From a virus (lineage: Duplodnaviria > Heunggongvirae > Uroviricota > Caudoviricetes), in IMG/VR virus record IMGVR_UViG_3300044675_001501, positions 1-64,000 of that record: 64,000 nucleotides of DNA; one strand, given 5' to 3'. A program made the position numbers and the translations under genes. This document shows, piece after piece, positions 26,757 through 39,500 of the stretch (its first letter is position 1; each line of letters starts with the position of its first letter). The notes beneath the pieces were generated by a model. It had not been told where the DNA came from, searched no databases, and saw nothing but the letters and a program-made list of their open reading frames with translations.

Positions 26757-28337
26757 TTAGAAGTTGTATATGGGTTTCTCCTCATCTGGAGTTCCGTCAT
26801 CGAAAAATCCAAATGGGGTTAGTTCATCTTCAATTGCCTTTAGTTGTTTCTCGTAAATTAATTTTCTCAAGTTTAGATTATTCAAGTCCTTAAAATAAGG
26901 GTTTGTTGATAACCAAGAAAAGAGAACCAGAGTCATAACTAAATCGTCATAGTACCCATCGTCAGCTGCAAAAGAATTCCTCTTTTCAATAAATGTAGAA
27001 AGTTCAGATATAATATCAGCGTCAGTAATAATGAGTTTTTTCTCCTCGATAAAACTCTTCAAAACTGAACAGCCGATTCGTTTGACTTTTTTGTCTGTTG
27101 TTACACCATATTTTGTTCTGCCGCCACCAAATCCACCGTTTACAGTTTGTCCTTGGTTGCCTCTATTAACGAACAACATATTCTCATACTCAAGTTCCCC
27201 ATACAGGATGTCAGCAACCTGTGGGTCTGAGTTAACCTCAATCAGAACATAAGCATTGTTGTATTGTTTCGCTATTTTCTCGATAATGTTTGGATACAAC
27301 AAGGGACTTACTTTGTTACTTCTATATTTAGCGTTTATGAAATACGGAGTTGTAGTAATGTCTATTACCGTAAATGCGCTGTAGTCGCCGTCAAGACCCT
27401 GTGAGGTGTCTGCTACAAGAACATAAGTGTGGTCTTTTTCTGGCTTATTAAAGATGTCAAGACCTTCGTTATTATAGATAGGTTTAATCGGCGACATCTG
27501 AGCGATGACATCAGCATTAATAAGAGTAAGAGAAGAACCAAGGAATTTACACAGAACCTCTTGGTTATATTTAAGGTCGCCAAGTTGACGACGCTGTTCT
27601 TCTGCCCATTTCGCATCTCTACCTGGAATTTCCCAATATGGAATAAACAATGGAACAAAGTCATTATACTTCTGTTCAGCATCGTTCCAGAATTTCCAGA
27701 AATGATTATATCCAAGTGGAGTTGATGTTATCAAAATCTTGGTTGACGTACCAGCAGAAATTGTAGGATATATAGAAGTGAAGAACTGTTCTGCAATTTG
27801 ATTAGGAATAATCGCAGCCTCGTCAATATACAACATGTTAACAGATTTAGAACGAATACCAGAAGCTGTAGTAGCTGCAGTAAAAACCTTTGAACCGTTC
27901 TCTAATTCAACGTCGCCCTTGTTCCATGTTTTAACACCTTGCTGCATCCACAGAGGTAAATTCTCGTACATTAATTGATAACGAGAAAGTATTTCTCTAG
28001 ATGTAGCAGCTTTGTTCGCTAGAATAGCGACATTCTTATTGTCATTAAAAATAGTATACCAAAGAATATAACCAGCAGCTGTAGTTGTTTTACCCTGCTG
28101 ACGACCTTCCATAATAATTACTTTACGATTGTCGTGAATCGTTCTTACTTTTTTCTTTTGACATTCGTATAATTTAAACTGTTGAAGACCATGATCGAGT
28201 GTAACAATATAACAGTAATTATCAATAAAGTAGACTGGGTCTTCTTTACATTTTAGATACTCTTTAATTGTTTCTTCTGTAAATTCTACAGGTACACCAA
28301 CAGCTTTTAAATTCGCATTAGCATTATAATTCTTCAT
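26757..28337 (-). CDS. 17: terminase large subunit gp17
   Basis: Walker A 'GRQQGKTT', Walker B 'MLYIDEAA' and a C-terminal nuclease domain. Confidence 0.9.
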   Translation of the reverse strand: MKNYNANANLKAVGVPVEFTEETIKEYLKCKEDPVYFIDNYCYIVTLDHGLQQFKLYECQKKKVRTIHDNRKVIIMEGRQQGKTTTAAGYILWYTIFNDNKNVAILANKAATSREILSRYQLMYENLPLWMQQGVKTWNKGDVELENGSKVFTAATTASGIRSKSVNMLYIDEAAIIPNQIAEQFFTSIYPTISAGTSTKILITSTPLGYNHFWKFWNDAEQKYNDFVPLFIPYWEIPGRDAKWAEEQRRQLGDLKYNQEVLCKFLGSSLTLINADVIAQMSPIKPIYNNEGLDIFNKPEKDHTYVLVADTSQGLDGDYSAFTVIDITTTPYFINAKYRSNKVSPLLYPNIIEKIAKQYNNAYVLIEVNSDPQVADILYGELEYENMLFVNRGNQGQTVNGGFGGGRTKYGVTTDKKVKRIGCSVLKSFIEEKKLIITDADIISELSTFIEKRNSFAADDGYYDDLVMTLVLFSWLSTNPYFKDLNNLNLRKLIYEKQLKAIEDELTPFGFFDDGTPDEEKPIYNF

Positions 28338-29086
28338 TATTCCCAGCCTTCAATTATCGCTGATCCAGGTGTTTCTTGTGTTGCTGAATATGTTGATGTT
28401 TCAATATCAAACTGATTAGTTTGAGAAATGCTTGCATTGATAGTTCTAATAATACCGTTCTTAGAAACAGGTCCAAACAAATTAAGTTTAAGAGTAAATG
28501 TCATAGTATAAGTAACAAATCTTCTTGTCTGAAAATCACCATCATAATCATCTTGAATACTTACGCTATTTAGAATAATTGGAATGTCCTGAACTACATT
28601 CATTTCTGGAACAACATTAAGAGATAGTGTAAACTCTGGTGTAAAATATGGAAGGATCTGCTCTACTATTTGCAAACAGTCTTCTTGGGTTTTAGCGATA
28701 GCATAAAGGGATATGTCAATATTATATGGAACAGGCGAGAACATTTGATCTCTGCCACCATTATCTTTAACGCAAACCAATTTATTCATTCTATTTACTT
28801 TTCTTGTTGCGTCATACGCAATATTAGTAACTTCGAATGAAAGTCTTGGTAGAGTTGTATAAACTTGATTTTCTAAAGTTGGATCTGAGTCAACACGAAC
28901 AATCCACTTTTCTTTAGGTGCGTAAGCAATAGGAACATCAACAGTTTGAATTGTGTCCCCAGTGTTTCCGTATTCGGCGCTATTCTCTTTTAACTTTCTT
29001 TCAATTTTAATGTTACTAAAAAGGCTACCGAAGGCTACGATAGTCTTTCTAATTACACCATGATAGAATGTTTGACCTTTTAACAT
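28337..29086 (-). CDS. 15: tail sheath stabiliser/completion protein gp15
   Basis: Similarity to T4 gp15 ('LFSNIKI', 'LQIVEQILPYFTPEF', 'GIIRT'). Confidence 0.8.
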   Translation of the reverse strand: MLKGQTFYHGVIRKTIVAFGSLFSNIKIERKLKENSAEYGNTGDTIQTVDVPIAYAPKEKWIVRVDSDPTLENQVYTTLPRLSFEVTNIAYDATRKVNRMNKLVCVKDNGGRDQMFSPVPYNIDISLYAIAKTQEDCLQIVEQILPYFTPEFTLSLNVVPEMNVVQDIPIILNSVSIQDDYDGDFQTRRFVTYTMTFTLKLNLFGPVSKNGIIRTINASISQTNQFDIETSTYSATQETPGSAIIEGWE

Positions 29087-29799
29087 TATACGATATCCCC
29101 AAACGGATTATCTTCATTAAAGATAATATCTCTCATTTCTTTTCTAAACTTCTCATTGTCTCCGAATGAAGTAACTTCATCTGTTCCGTAACCACCACCA
29201 AGCTGTTGACCATTTTCTGCAAGCATTAGATCGCCAGTTTCTAGTAGTAAACCATATTCTCCGTAAGACTTTAGTTCTTCGAAAACATCAATATCAGGGA
29301 TACCAGTTTGGATTGTCTCAGAAGCATACTGGAACAATTCAACTTGTAGTTTGTAAATATAGAGTTTGCCTAATTGAAAGAATGGATCTAGATGATCAAC
29401 ATACTTAATTTCAAACAAACCTTTTGTTAGTGGGAAATATAATAGGTCGCCTTCTGCTGGTCTAGCTGGGATAATCGTTTGACCGAATCTACCAATAAGC
29501 TGATCCCATCTACGTCTTGCTACTGTGAAGGTTGCGCTTGATTCATTAAACAAACCGAACTTTTGAATAAAAGAACCTTGACCACCGTAGTCAGTAACAT
29601 TCTCAAAATACATCTCAATTGGGTATGCATCTAAGAACTGGCTTAAACGATCTTCGCCTAAGATCTCATCTTTACCTACAAGTTTTCTTGGAATGTAAAA
29701 CATATCCTGTCCATAGATGGACAGGGACTCAACTATTAGGTCTTCAATAAGATACTGTTCGTTCTTTGTGCCATGACTAAAGTAGACATTTCTTGTCAT
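29086..29799 (-). CDS. 14: neck protein gp14-like
   Basis: Synteny between gp13 and gp15, and size. Confidence 0.55.
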   Translation of the reverse strand: MTRNVYFSHGTKNEQYLIEDLIVESLSIYGQDMFYIPRKLVGKDEILGEDRLSQFLDAYPIEMYFENVTDYGGQGSFIQKFGLFNESSATFTVARRRWDQLIGRFGQTIIPARPAEGDLLYFPLTKGLFEIKYVDHLDPFFQLGKLYIYKLQVELFQYASETIQTGIPDIDVFEELKSYGEYGLLLETGDLMLAENGQQLGGGYGTDEVTSFGDNEKFRKEMRDIIFNEDNPFGDIV

Positions 29800-29801
29800 T
29801 T

Positions 29802-30548
29802 TTATCCCATAAAGAATTCTAGCGGAGCAGCCTTAGTAATTAAGTCTTCTTCTAATTCCTTTATTTCTTCGACTGCTTCTTGATATAATTTATCGCCATC
29901 AATTACAACACCACCTGGTAATTGTAATCCTTGGAATTTCTTTAGGTTAGTTCCCCACTGTTTCTTAAACAATGCAGTTGTAAACTTCTTTAGCCAAGTT
30001 TCGTTTAACATTCTTGGGAATGTTGCTGGATCTAAAGCACGATAACACTCAACTAGAACATACTCACCAACATTAATATCACTTTCCCAGTTAATATCTA
30101 GGTGTAATCTATTTTGAAATCTATTAAAACGATAAAGAGTATGTCCATTTAGAACCATGTCAAGCAAAGCAAGATGTCCTCTTACCATTTCATAATAGAT
30201 TATAGATGTGCTTGTTAAGTCGTAAAGATCGTGAAGACGTAGTTGGTATTGCATATCAAACATATTACGACTAGAGCCAGAAGCGCCAGAACCACCTGTT
30301 GGGAAAACTCTAGTAATACCATAAACAATATCAGGGATTGGAATATATCTATTTGTCTTATCTGTTTCGGTAATCTGATGTTTTAAATAAAACTTTTCAG
30401 TACCTTCATGGTGATATACTCTAAACTTCTCGATAGCATCATCAATTCTGTCCTCTAGTTGATCGTCGTCTACGTTGATCTCGAGAACTGGTGCGCCCAG
30501 TTCTCTTAAGCAGTACTCTTTTAATTGTTCTCTAGTAGCAACAGCCAT
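29802..30548 (-). CDS. 13: neck protein gp13-like
   Basis: N-terminal similarity to T4 gp13 ('KEYCLRELGAPVLEINVDDDQLEDRIDDAIEKF'). Confidence 0.75.
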   Translation of the reverse strand: MAVATREQLKEYCLRELGAPVLEINVDDDQLEDRIDDAIEKFRVYHHEGTEKFYLKHQITETDKTNRYIPIPDIVYGITRVFPTGGSGASGSSRNMFDMQYQLRLHDLYDLTSTSIIYYEMVRGHLALLDMVLNGHTLYRFNRFQNRLHLDINWESDINVGEYVLVECYRALDPATFPRMLNETWLKKFTTALFKKQWGTNLKKFQGLQLPGGVVIDGDKLYQEAVEEIKELEEDLITKAAPLEFFMG

Positions 30549-30557
30549 TTTGTTTCC

Positions 30558-33500
30558 TTATGCTTGTGATTCAGTCCAAGACAGACGGCAAGAAGCAGCG
30601 AACGTAGCAGCAGCAGTAACGTCAGAAGCTAGACCAATGTATCTCATACGTAGAGTCAATACGTCTGGACCGTCAGGGAATACACCGTTACCGCCCATAA
30701 TAGAGTTACCAAGAGTTGCAATTTCACGTAGGTCAATAGAGGTCAATGCTTGAGCTCTGTTGTTTGGTGTTGTCAACTGGTTTCCAGGTGGAACACGGAA
30801 CGAGAAGATAACAGAACCTTGGTCAATTGTGTCAGAAATGTTATGGTAAACAACCTGACTCAATGAAGGAGCAGTAACACGCTTCCAATCCAAGTTATCC
30901 AAGTCAGCATTCAGAACCAGAGACAATTCAATCTCGTGGGTTGAAAGAACGTCAAGAGCTTTCAAGTTCAATTGCATGCGGTTAATAATTTCTCTTTCTC
31001 CAAGTAATCCTGGAATACCATTATCAACAGAAGGCGATAGACGTAAAGACAATAGAGGAATTGTTTTAGTCAAATCAACAGCCTGTGAAACTGTATATGT
31101 AGTATTTGTCGCTTGGATAGAAGAAGGTCTTGCGTTAACAACCAATAAGTTTTTAAGAATATTAGATGTTGGAGAAACTCTGACCTGACGCAAATATGGT
31201 TGACTACCGATAGATGAGTTGGTTGGGTTTGCAGTTAATGTACCAGCAACAATACCATTTCCTGATATACCAGAATTAGCATTAATAGAAAAATATGTAT
31301 CTGCATGAGTAGGAATTTCAATAGCAAAACCAATTTCACCAATCAGCTTACCGCCATTGTTATAAGCATACCATTTTCCTAGTTCGAATGCGTTACCAGC
31401 TGTAACTCCACCAGCTGCGGCAAGACTTGGTGCTACTGCGGTACAAACAAAACTTGTTCCAACGTTGTTGTTTGCTGCTCCATATGAAGTCCAAGTTGTT
31501 GATCCTGCCGTATTAATTGTATAAGAACGACCGATAACTAAATTGTTTGCTGTAAAGGTTTGAGATACTGATGCTTGTGTTCCACCAGTAACGCTAATTG
31601 TGCCAGAAGTACCAGTAGAAGTACGAATCTGGTTAGAAGTAGCGGAGAACAAGTATGCTTTATCGTCATCGAAACCACCGTCCATAATAACGGAAGTACC
31701 CCAGTGTGCAAGTTTAGGTATAAAGGAAGGAGAAACGCCAGTATCAACCTCATAGCGAGCTGGCAGGTTACCCGAACGTAGGTACGCTTCTGTTTCTAAG
31801 TTGTTGTGGACAATTTGGTGTACGTATCTAACAACACCATCAGTAGTTTTAAATCCAAAACGAACTTTACCAGCGCCATACCAAGAATAGTCCATGTAAG
31901 CCATCTGAATCTTACGAATATCTAAAGTATATCCTGTTGGACCACTTCCATTACATACATCTAAATTCCAGCTTGATTGTGGAACTCTAATCTCATTAGT
32001 CTTACTTACTACAACATTAGTTGATGTAGAACCTCTATATGATGGTTGAACATAGAACGTATTGTTGTTTGGAATTTCAATAACTTTATATGATTGTCCT
32101 TTAATTACAACATAATCTCCAGAGACTAATTCTGTTACGTATTGTGTTCCTGTTCCTACAATTTGATTGCTGTTAAAAATAACACTTGCAGTTCCACCTA
32201 GCTGAACTGTAGAATTTCTTCTGCATACGCTAAGAGTCGAACCATTATATTCAAAGAACATACCATTTTGATCATCAAATAAACCACAACGAACTGTTGC
32301 GTTATTCCAAGAATTTACGTAGAATTGTGGGCGACCGCTGGAAACGTTGCTATATGGGAAATTCAAACTAATTCTAAATGAATAATCATCTATAATGTCA
32401 TAAATTGTGAACGATCCATTATAGGTAGATCCAGTATCCCCAGAAATAGTAATGTCTAGACCAGCAGTACATCTGTGAGGAACACGAGTAGTTACTGTTG
32501 CATAGTAGTTACTATTACCTGTAACTGAGTTAATAGGTACTGAAGGGCTGAAGTTAATAGCAAACGAAACTTGAATGCCTTTACCTGACTGATAACGGAA
32601 ATACTTACGAGTCTGACGAACAACACGTGCGTTCGGAGAATCTGTTGAGATTAATTCAACACCACCGTCATATGGTCTATGTAACGCTGATGAGTCAGCA
32701 CGCAACAATAGACTAGAAGTAACATCATAGGTGTTTGTTGCTGGGAATCCGTGACAGTTTATTGCGTTTACAGTAGAAGCTGTTGTTGTTGCTGGGATAG
32801 TTGCAGTCGCAGCAGCATTAGTTTGCATAGTAACAACAATAGAAGTGCTATTGCTACCAGCATTAGTTTTGACAATTAATGGAATATTGTCAATCTGAGT
32901 TGTATTACCAGTTCCTGTTAAAACAATGACAGAGCCAGCAGGGAATGGGCAAGGCATTGGGAAAGCGACAGTAATATCTGGGCTGGCGCTTGTTAGTGAT
33001 ATAGAAGTTACTGGCAATTTATATTGTTCATTAATTGGGATAGTATCAACTAAGTTTAACACAGTGCGTGAGTTGACTGTGCTAATTAGAGAAACACCAG
33101 TATTTCCAGGAACAATTAAAGAAACAGTGTGAACACCTGAACCACCAGAAGCAACGATCAAGTTAGTCCCATTTACTGCATCATTATAGGTAGGAGCTAA
33201 GTTGAAGTCGGCAGCTGACGCCCATCTTACATAGTAGATACCACCGTTAATTAGACCAGTTGGTGCAGCAACAGTAGAGTTCCAGCGTACAGACATGCCT
33301 GTCAACATACCGTGCGCAGCACTAGTAAATGTTGAAGAAACGAAAGTTGTTGTTTTTGCAGTGTAAACTGCTGGGTAATTCCAATAGAAGTTATCGCCAG
33401 ATTTAAACGCAGTTGAGAAGTTTGTGTTATTACCAACTACCTTAGTTGTTCCTGCTGCTAGTGCAATAGTACCAGCACCAACAATAGAACCAACAACAGA

Positions 33501-36500
33501 AGCTGCTTCAAATTGATGCGTTCCAGAACCCAAGAAGTTTCCGCTGTTTAAGTTAATTGGAACAACAATAGGATTAACAGCATCTGCTACTGTCGCAGCA
33601 AGTCTGAACCAATCTTCTGTTATTTTAATAATGTAGTATGTTGTATTACTAATTAATGGACCGAATGGTGTTCCTGATGCTGTATATAATACAGGAGTTC
33701 CTGTAATCAATTTGTGTCCGACGCTATAAATCGCATTCCAGTTAAAGTCGACATTAATCTGAGGATTAATACCTAGAACACGTTTAGGAACAACAGCATT
33801 GTTAGGATTATTAAGGGTAAATTTATTTGTTGCGCCACCAGGAGCATTATTTGCGACAGTATACAACCCATCAATGGCTCCAGTAGTAACCCCAGTAGTC
33901 ATTGTGTGGGATGCGCCAGTTCCTTCTGCTGTTATATCAACAACAGTTGATTGACGTAAAGAACCAGTTCCAGAAGGAGTTCCAACAAACTTCACACGAT
34001 CATCTGCGGTATTGTTAATCGCACCAAGTTGAGTCCAGTACAATGTACATGTCGTAGTAGAATCTGCACGAACGTAGTAGAACGCACCATTGGTTAGTCC
34101 TGTAGCTGGTGTTGCTGACAAATATTGAACTAGACGACCAGTAGTAAACCCATGAGTTCCAGTTGTAATAACACCAGTCGCAGTCGCTAAGTTGGTAGTA
34201 TTCTGCGTAAATGAAATCGCAGCAGTATCCCAACCTGTTAACGTATCAGCTAACTGGAATCTATCGGTAGTAGAATTGAAAACGAATTTAGTTGATCCGC
34301 TTGTTAGTCCTCCAACTTCAGAGCCACCACCTGTTGCGTATGTTACAGAGGTTCCATTGTTTAATCCATGATTTTGTTTATAGATGGTGTCGCCAGCGGT
34401 ATTCGATGCTCTTCTTGTGAAGTAATGATTATTTCCAACAAAAGATAGTTTTGCGCCGAGGAAATAAATTCTACCAACATCTGTGCCATTATTATATGCA
34501 GCAAAAGCAGAAGTGTTTAGAGGCTCAGTAGCTTCAGCATCTTTGTAAATTTCTAGTGTTGTAGATGTTGCTGATTTAGCATAATATATCTTATGATCCC
34601 ATAGAGCATACCAAGGAGAAGCTGGTGCAGCAAAACCTTGGAAGTGAATAGGAACAACTGCGCCAACAGGGACGCTGTGCGCTGCAGTCGTAGCAACCGC
34701 AGTAGAGTTACTGGTGAATGCAGTAATCGCAAGGATCTGAGGGTTCAATGCTGGAATTAGCTGAGAAGCAGTACCGTTTGTTGACACTGCTCCATTGGTT
34801 CCACTATTAGCATATGTGAACGTATTAAATGTAGCTTGTAAAATTACTGCAGTTGCATTGTTAAAGGTTGTGTCAGTAACAGAAGCAATAGCAACTTGTG
34901 TTCCAATTTTGAAACCATGAGGAACAGCAGTAGTAACTGTAGCTACGTTATTATCTCTACGAATAGAAGCAATATTTACGCTGTTCGATGGGAATGTATA
35001 TGTTATTGAATTTGTCTCACCAACAGTAATCGCTGTAATAGATCCTCGTTTTAGTGTAGTAGAAGGAATCTTTGTGATTTCAAAGTAATCAGTAATTTGT
35101 GAGCCAACAAGAGGGAAATATGAGTTATCTTTAGGGTGAGCCCAAACACTCTGCAACCAGCTTGTTCCAATAGCAAGGTTATCTTCATCGCGAACTCCAT
35201 GTCCTGTATCAATAACAACCTTCGCAGTAGATATTGTAGAGAATGTTCCTGGAAGACCTCCTGGAGTCATAACATAAACAATAACACTTAGTGCTGGCGC
35301 AGTTCCTGATACGGCTCCAACTCTAATATCATAAGCATTGAAACGAGAATCTCCGATATATGTTAACTCCGCAGTGCCATCAGAAACCGCACCACTTGTG
35401 TGAGAAGGCGCTGATGTGCTGGTTGTTCCAGCAACAGAAACATTGTATAAATTATTATTCCAGAAAACTTTTTGGTTTAGTGTTAACGCAGTATTTGGAC
35501 CCCATGGTGTACCCATTTTTAGTGGTTGGTTATTTGCGTCAAAGAACTTGATTAAACCGCCATGGTGTGCAACGTTGGCTAAAGCGCTACCTCCTGCGAT
35601 ACGTGCTGCTGAAGTAAACGTGAATGTATTAGCACCAGCAGTAATAGTTGGAACTACAATGTTTGCTGTAGTTGACCATGCAGAAGATGGATACGAAATC
35701 GTCATCGATGTTCCACCAGAAGCCACAGCTGCAGTTTTCCAATTCCAATATGCGGTGTCAAATGTTGTGTTAACATTTGTTAGTGTCTTATCTGCAAATG
35801 CGTTAGCTGTATCTAAATGCGCACCAGCAGCGCTTGTTACTGCCAGAGCAGATCCAGCATCAGAAAGAAGTTTAAATCTATCTGTGGTTGCAGAGTCAAC
35901 AATAAAGTATGATCTATTTGTTAAACCAGTAGGAACAGAAGCTGCGGCTTGGGTTCCACCTGATGCCTCCCAGAAAACCAATTCTCCGTTTTGGAATCCG
36001 TGAGACTTAGAATACCAAGATCTACCAGTAGACCATGGTTGTGTATAGTTAATAGGAACAACATATCCATCAACAGAAGTGCCACTAAGAGTTAAATTAG
36101 ATCCACTAACAGTTGTTGACAAATTGAATGTTAGAATATCTGAACTTGCTGAACCATAGAGATCAAAACCAACATTATTGGTTTGAACTGCAAGAGAATT
36201 GTTTAATGGATTTTTAAGTTTAATTGTTAAAGTTCTAGTTGTTGTTCCTGTGTGGTTGGTTATCATACCAACTGGATTTACTGTAGAACCTGGGAATTCA
36301 CCAAAAGGGCTAACCTCATATGATTGATACAATCCAGTATTATTTCTTAAAACAATCTGGTGTCCTTTCGGAGTATTTCTTAGAGGAGTTCCTGTGAACA
36401 GTGCGCCAGCGTTTGATGCGGTAGCAAGAGTGAATGTTGCACCACCTTGCGTAGAGCTTAAAGTGATATCTGCGCTACTTTCGATAGTTTTAACATAATA

Positions 36501-39500
36501 CGTTGTGCCAGAAACAATATTACCGAAAGATGCACCTACAGTGAATGGTTGATTAACTGCAAGACCTTGAGTTGTATGTAGCGTTAGTCTATTAGTTCCA
36601 GCTGTGGTGTTTGTTGCAATAGTTGTTACGTTTGTAGCGCCAAGGAATCCTGACATGACGTCAGTCTTAACTACTGGTAATGGTCCATACGAATAGCAAG
36701 AAACACGCTGAGCTGAAGTAGTAGATAGAGTTGCTAAAGCCCCACCACGAGTAGTAGAAACTGTAAGTGTTGTTCCAGAAAGAACGCTTACAATGTAATA
36801 AAGTTGTCCAGAAGATAATCCACCAACGCTGGCATCAACTTCAAACATCTGACCAGCTTTCATACCAGTAGTGCTTGACACAGTAATTACGTTCGTTGTT
36901 ACAGCAGTGCCAGTAATTGTAGTAAATGCACCCTCATCAAAAGTTAATGATAATGTTGCAGCGTCTTGAGCCGCAAGAGCGATGGTGCCGATTGCGCCAT
37001 CAAGTTCTCCATTCGGACCACTATAACTAGAAAAATTTGCATTACCTGGAGCACTGTTAGATCCATTGGTTGCGCCGAAGGGTAAGGTTACTTGTGATTG
37101 GTGCGTGTCAGAATTTGGATTTCTGGCATACACAATGTTTGGCAATTGAGCTGGTGTCCAGTTATTAGTGAATGCTGTAGTTCCACCAATAGCAGTAGTC
37201 CATACAGCTAAAGGTTGGTTATCTAAAATCGCAGAATTGAGAGTATCTAAACACTGGACAAACATTGTTCCAGAAGCTGTTTGATAGTCATGAACTCTAG
37301 CTGCAGCCATAAAGGAATGTGGACCAAATCTATCTGTAGCAAGAGGGAATCTAGATGCAGCTGCTTGTACACCGAAGTTAACTGAAAGAGCAGTTCTTCT
37401 GTTTGCTTGTGTAACTAATACGCACTGTGTTGTCGAATCTGTAATAATAGTGCCGATTTGAGCAGTAAACGAAGCAGCAGTAGCAGTACCCATTGCTACT
37501 GGATTTGTAAACTGTTTAGGTGTAGCACTAGAATCGTTTACATCAGTAGTTGGTGTATCAGAAATTGTAATCTGAGTGCCAGACAAAACGTCTTTGACGT
37601 AGTATGTAGTATTTCCAAGAATACCAGCAAGGCTACCGTTAGCAGTACCAGTACCAGATGCTGCTCCATTAGTTGCGGCAGTGAATGTTGAACCAACAGC
37701 ATAAGTTACGCCAGATGTTCCAGCAATAGTATTCCACTGAGGTTGTGTAGTTGTTCCAAGAGCAGCAATAGTGTATTGCTGTCCTACAGTAAAATGACCT
37801 GCAGATACTGTTGGACCTTGAATGTGAGTGCTTAGATATGGGGTTACTGCAGTTCCTGGCACGAAACGAATTGCCATACCTGGAGTCATGTTTGCAGTAG
37901 CTGCTACAGTAACAATATTTCTCTCAGCGTTTAGGGAGTTACCGCTGATCACTGGAATGTTCAAGTAGCGATTAATTGTATAAGTACCAGCTGCTCCTGT
38001 ACCAGTGCCTCTTGCAGTAATGTAAGTTCCTGCTGGTACATGTCCATTAGTATCTGACAGATATGCTCCAAGGTCGAATGCAGTACCTGTTACAGTAGCG
38101 TTAACTGTCAATACGTTTCCTGAAATAGAGAACGAGGTTGTGCTACCTGTTTGGTTTAATGTTGCAGTGCCTGTTGTTGTGTTACCGTTATAGAATCCAG
38201 GTTTAGTTCTTACATAATAAACTGTAGGCGCAGTAATTTGCGATCCACCAATAGTAAGACCGCCATTTAGAGCACCCATGTTGTATAGGTATGGTCTATT
38301 ATCGATAAGACCATGAGAAGAAGCGAAAGTAATTACATTGGCTCTCGTTGAAGCGATGTAGTTTGTATCGTTTACACCTTTATGCTCAAGTAGATCTGCT
38401 GCGTTTTTACCCAATGTGAAAAATAAAGTTGGGCGAGATGCTCCAGCTGGGTTGAAGTTATACTTCTCAGCTGTCCATGTATATGGGTTAAATTTAGATG
38501 TGTTGTCTAGATCTAAAGAGTTTTCTGAGTAGCCGTTAGAAGATGATACGGTTTCGTTAGAAGAAGTTGTTCTGATAAACAACTGTCTCTTCCAGCTCTG
38601 CTGTGGATCTAAGAATACATCACCAGTGAATGTTGCATTAACAGCTTCGTTGTTTGGACCTCTAATACTAAAAGTTAAACTAGATAGAGAATAATTTACT
38701 AAATCTGCTTTTATTAATCTAGCATCAATTGTATCGTTTTCGCAGTCAAATGTTACTTCCCAGATTATTGTAGTATTAGTTGATCCGTCTTGAAACTCTT
38801 TACCTTCCCATCTAATTCTAAGGCTGGTAGTTGTTGTTGAAAAATAAAGTTTCTTAAGATTAAAGTCCCCAGTTAAGAAGTTAATCTTTGGAGAATATGT
38901 ATTGTTATTATCAACGCCATTCCAAGCAGCAACATCAACAGCAGGACCATTACCAATTACGCTTGTGCTATTTGTAAAGTGAATAGTCGAATTAGATGTT
39001 ACCCAAACACGGTCAAAGGTTTGGTCGAAAATTTTAAACGGCATTGATTCTGGGAATAGTACTCTGTAAACACCCTCATCAATACCAACGTTTGATGTTG
39101 TTGCATCACCATCAATAATTAATGTCATACCCAGAGTTCCTGGGTCTGTAATGCCAGAAGTTCCAAAGGTTACGTATGCTTTGTCTGTATAACCATTGTT
39201 ATCAGTAACTACAGCATCATCTGTTCTTAGTATTGCTTGGTTTTCAGTGTAAATTAAAGAAGTAACTAATGTTGAATCGAATGTAATCTGCTGCGATGTT
39301 AGGCTGTTTAGAAGAATAAATGTAGTGCCAATAGCAAATCCATGTGGACCATTGGTTGTAATTGTAATAGTAGATGGGCTTTCTCCATCTGTTGCGATCG
39401 CGCCAAGAGATTCTAACTTAAATTCAGTTCCTTGGTATAATGATGCAAGATAAATTTCTGTAGAGCTTTCTCTTACAGAACCTGTAATTGGTGATGTTCT

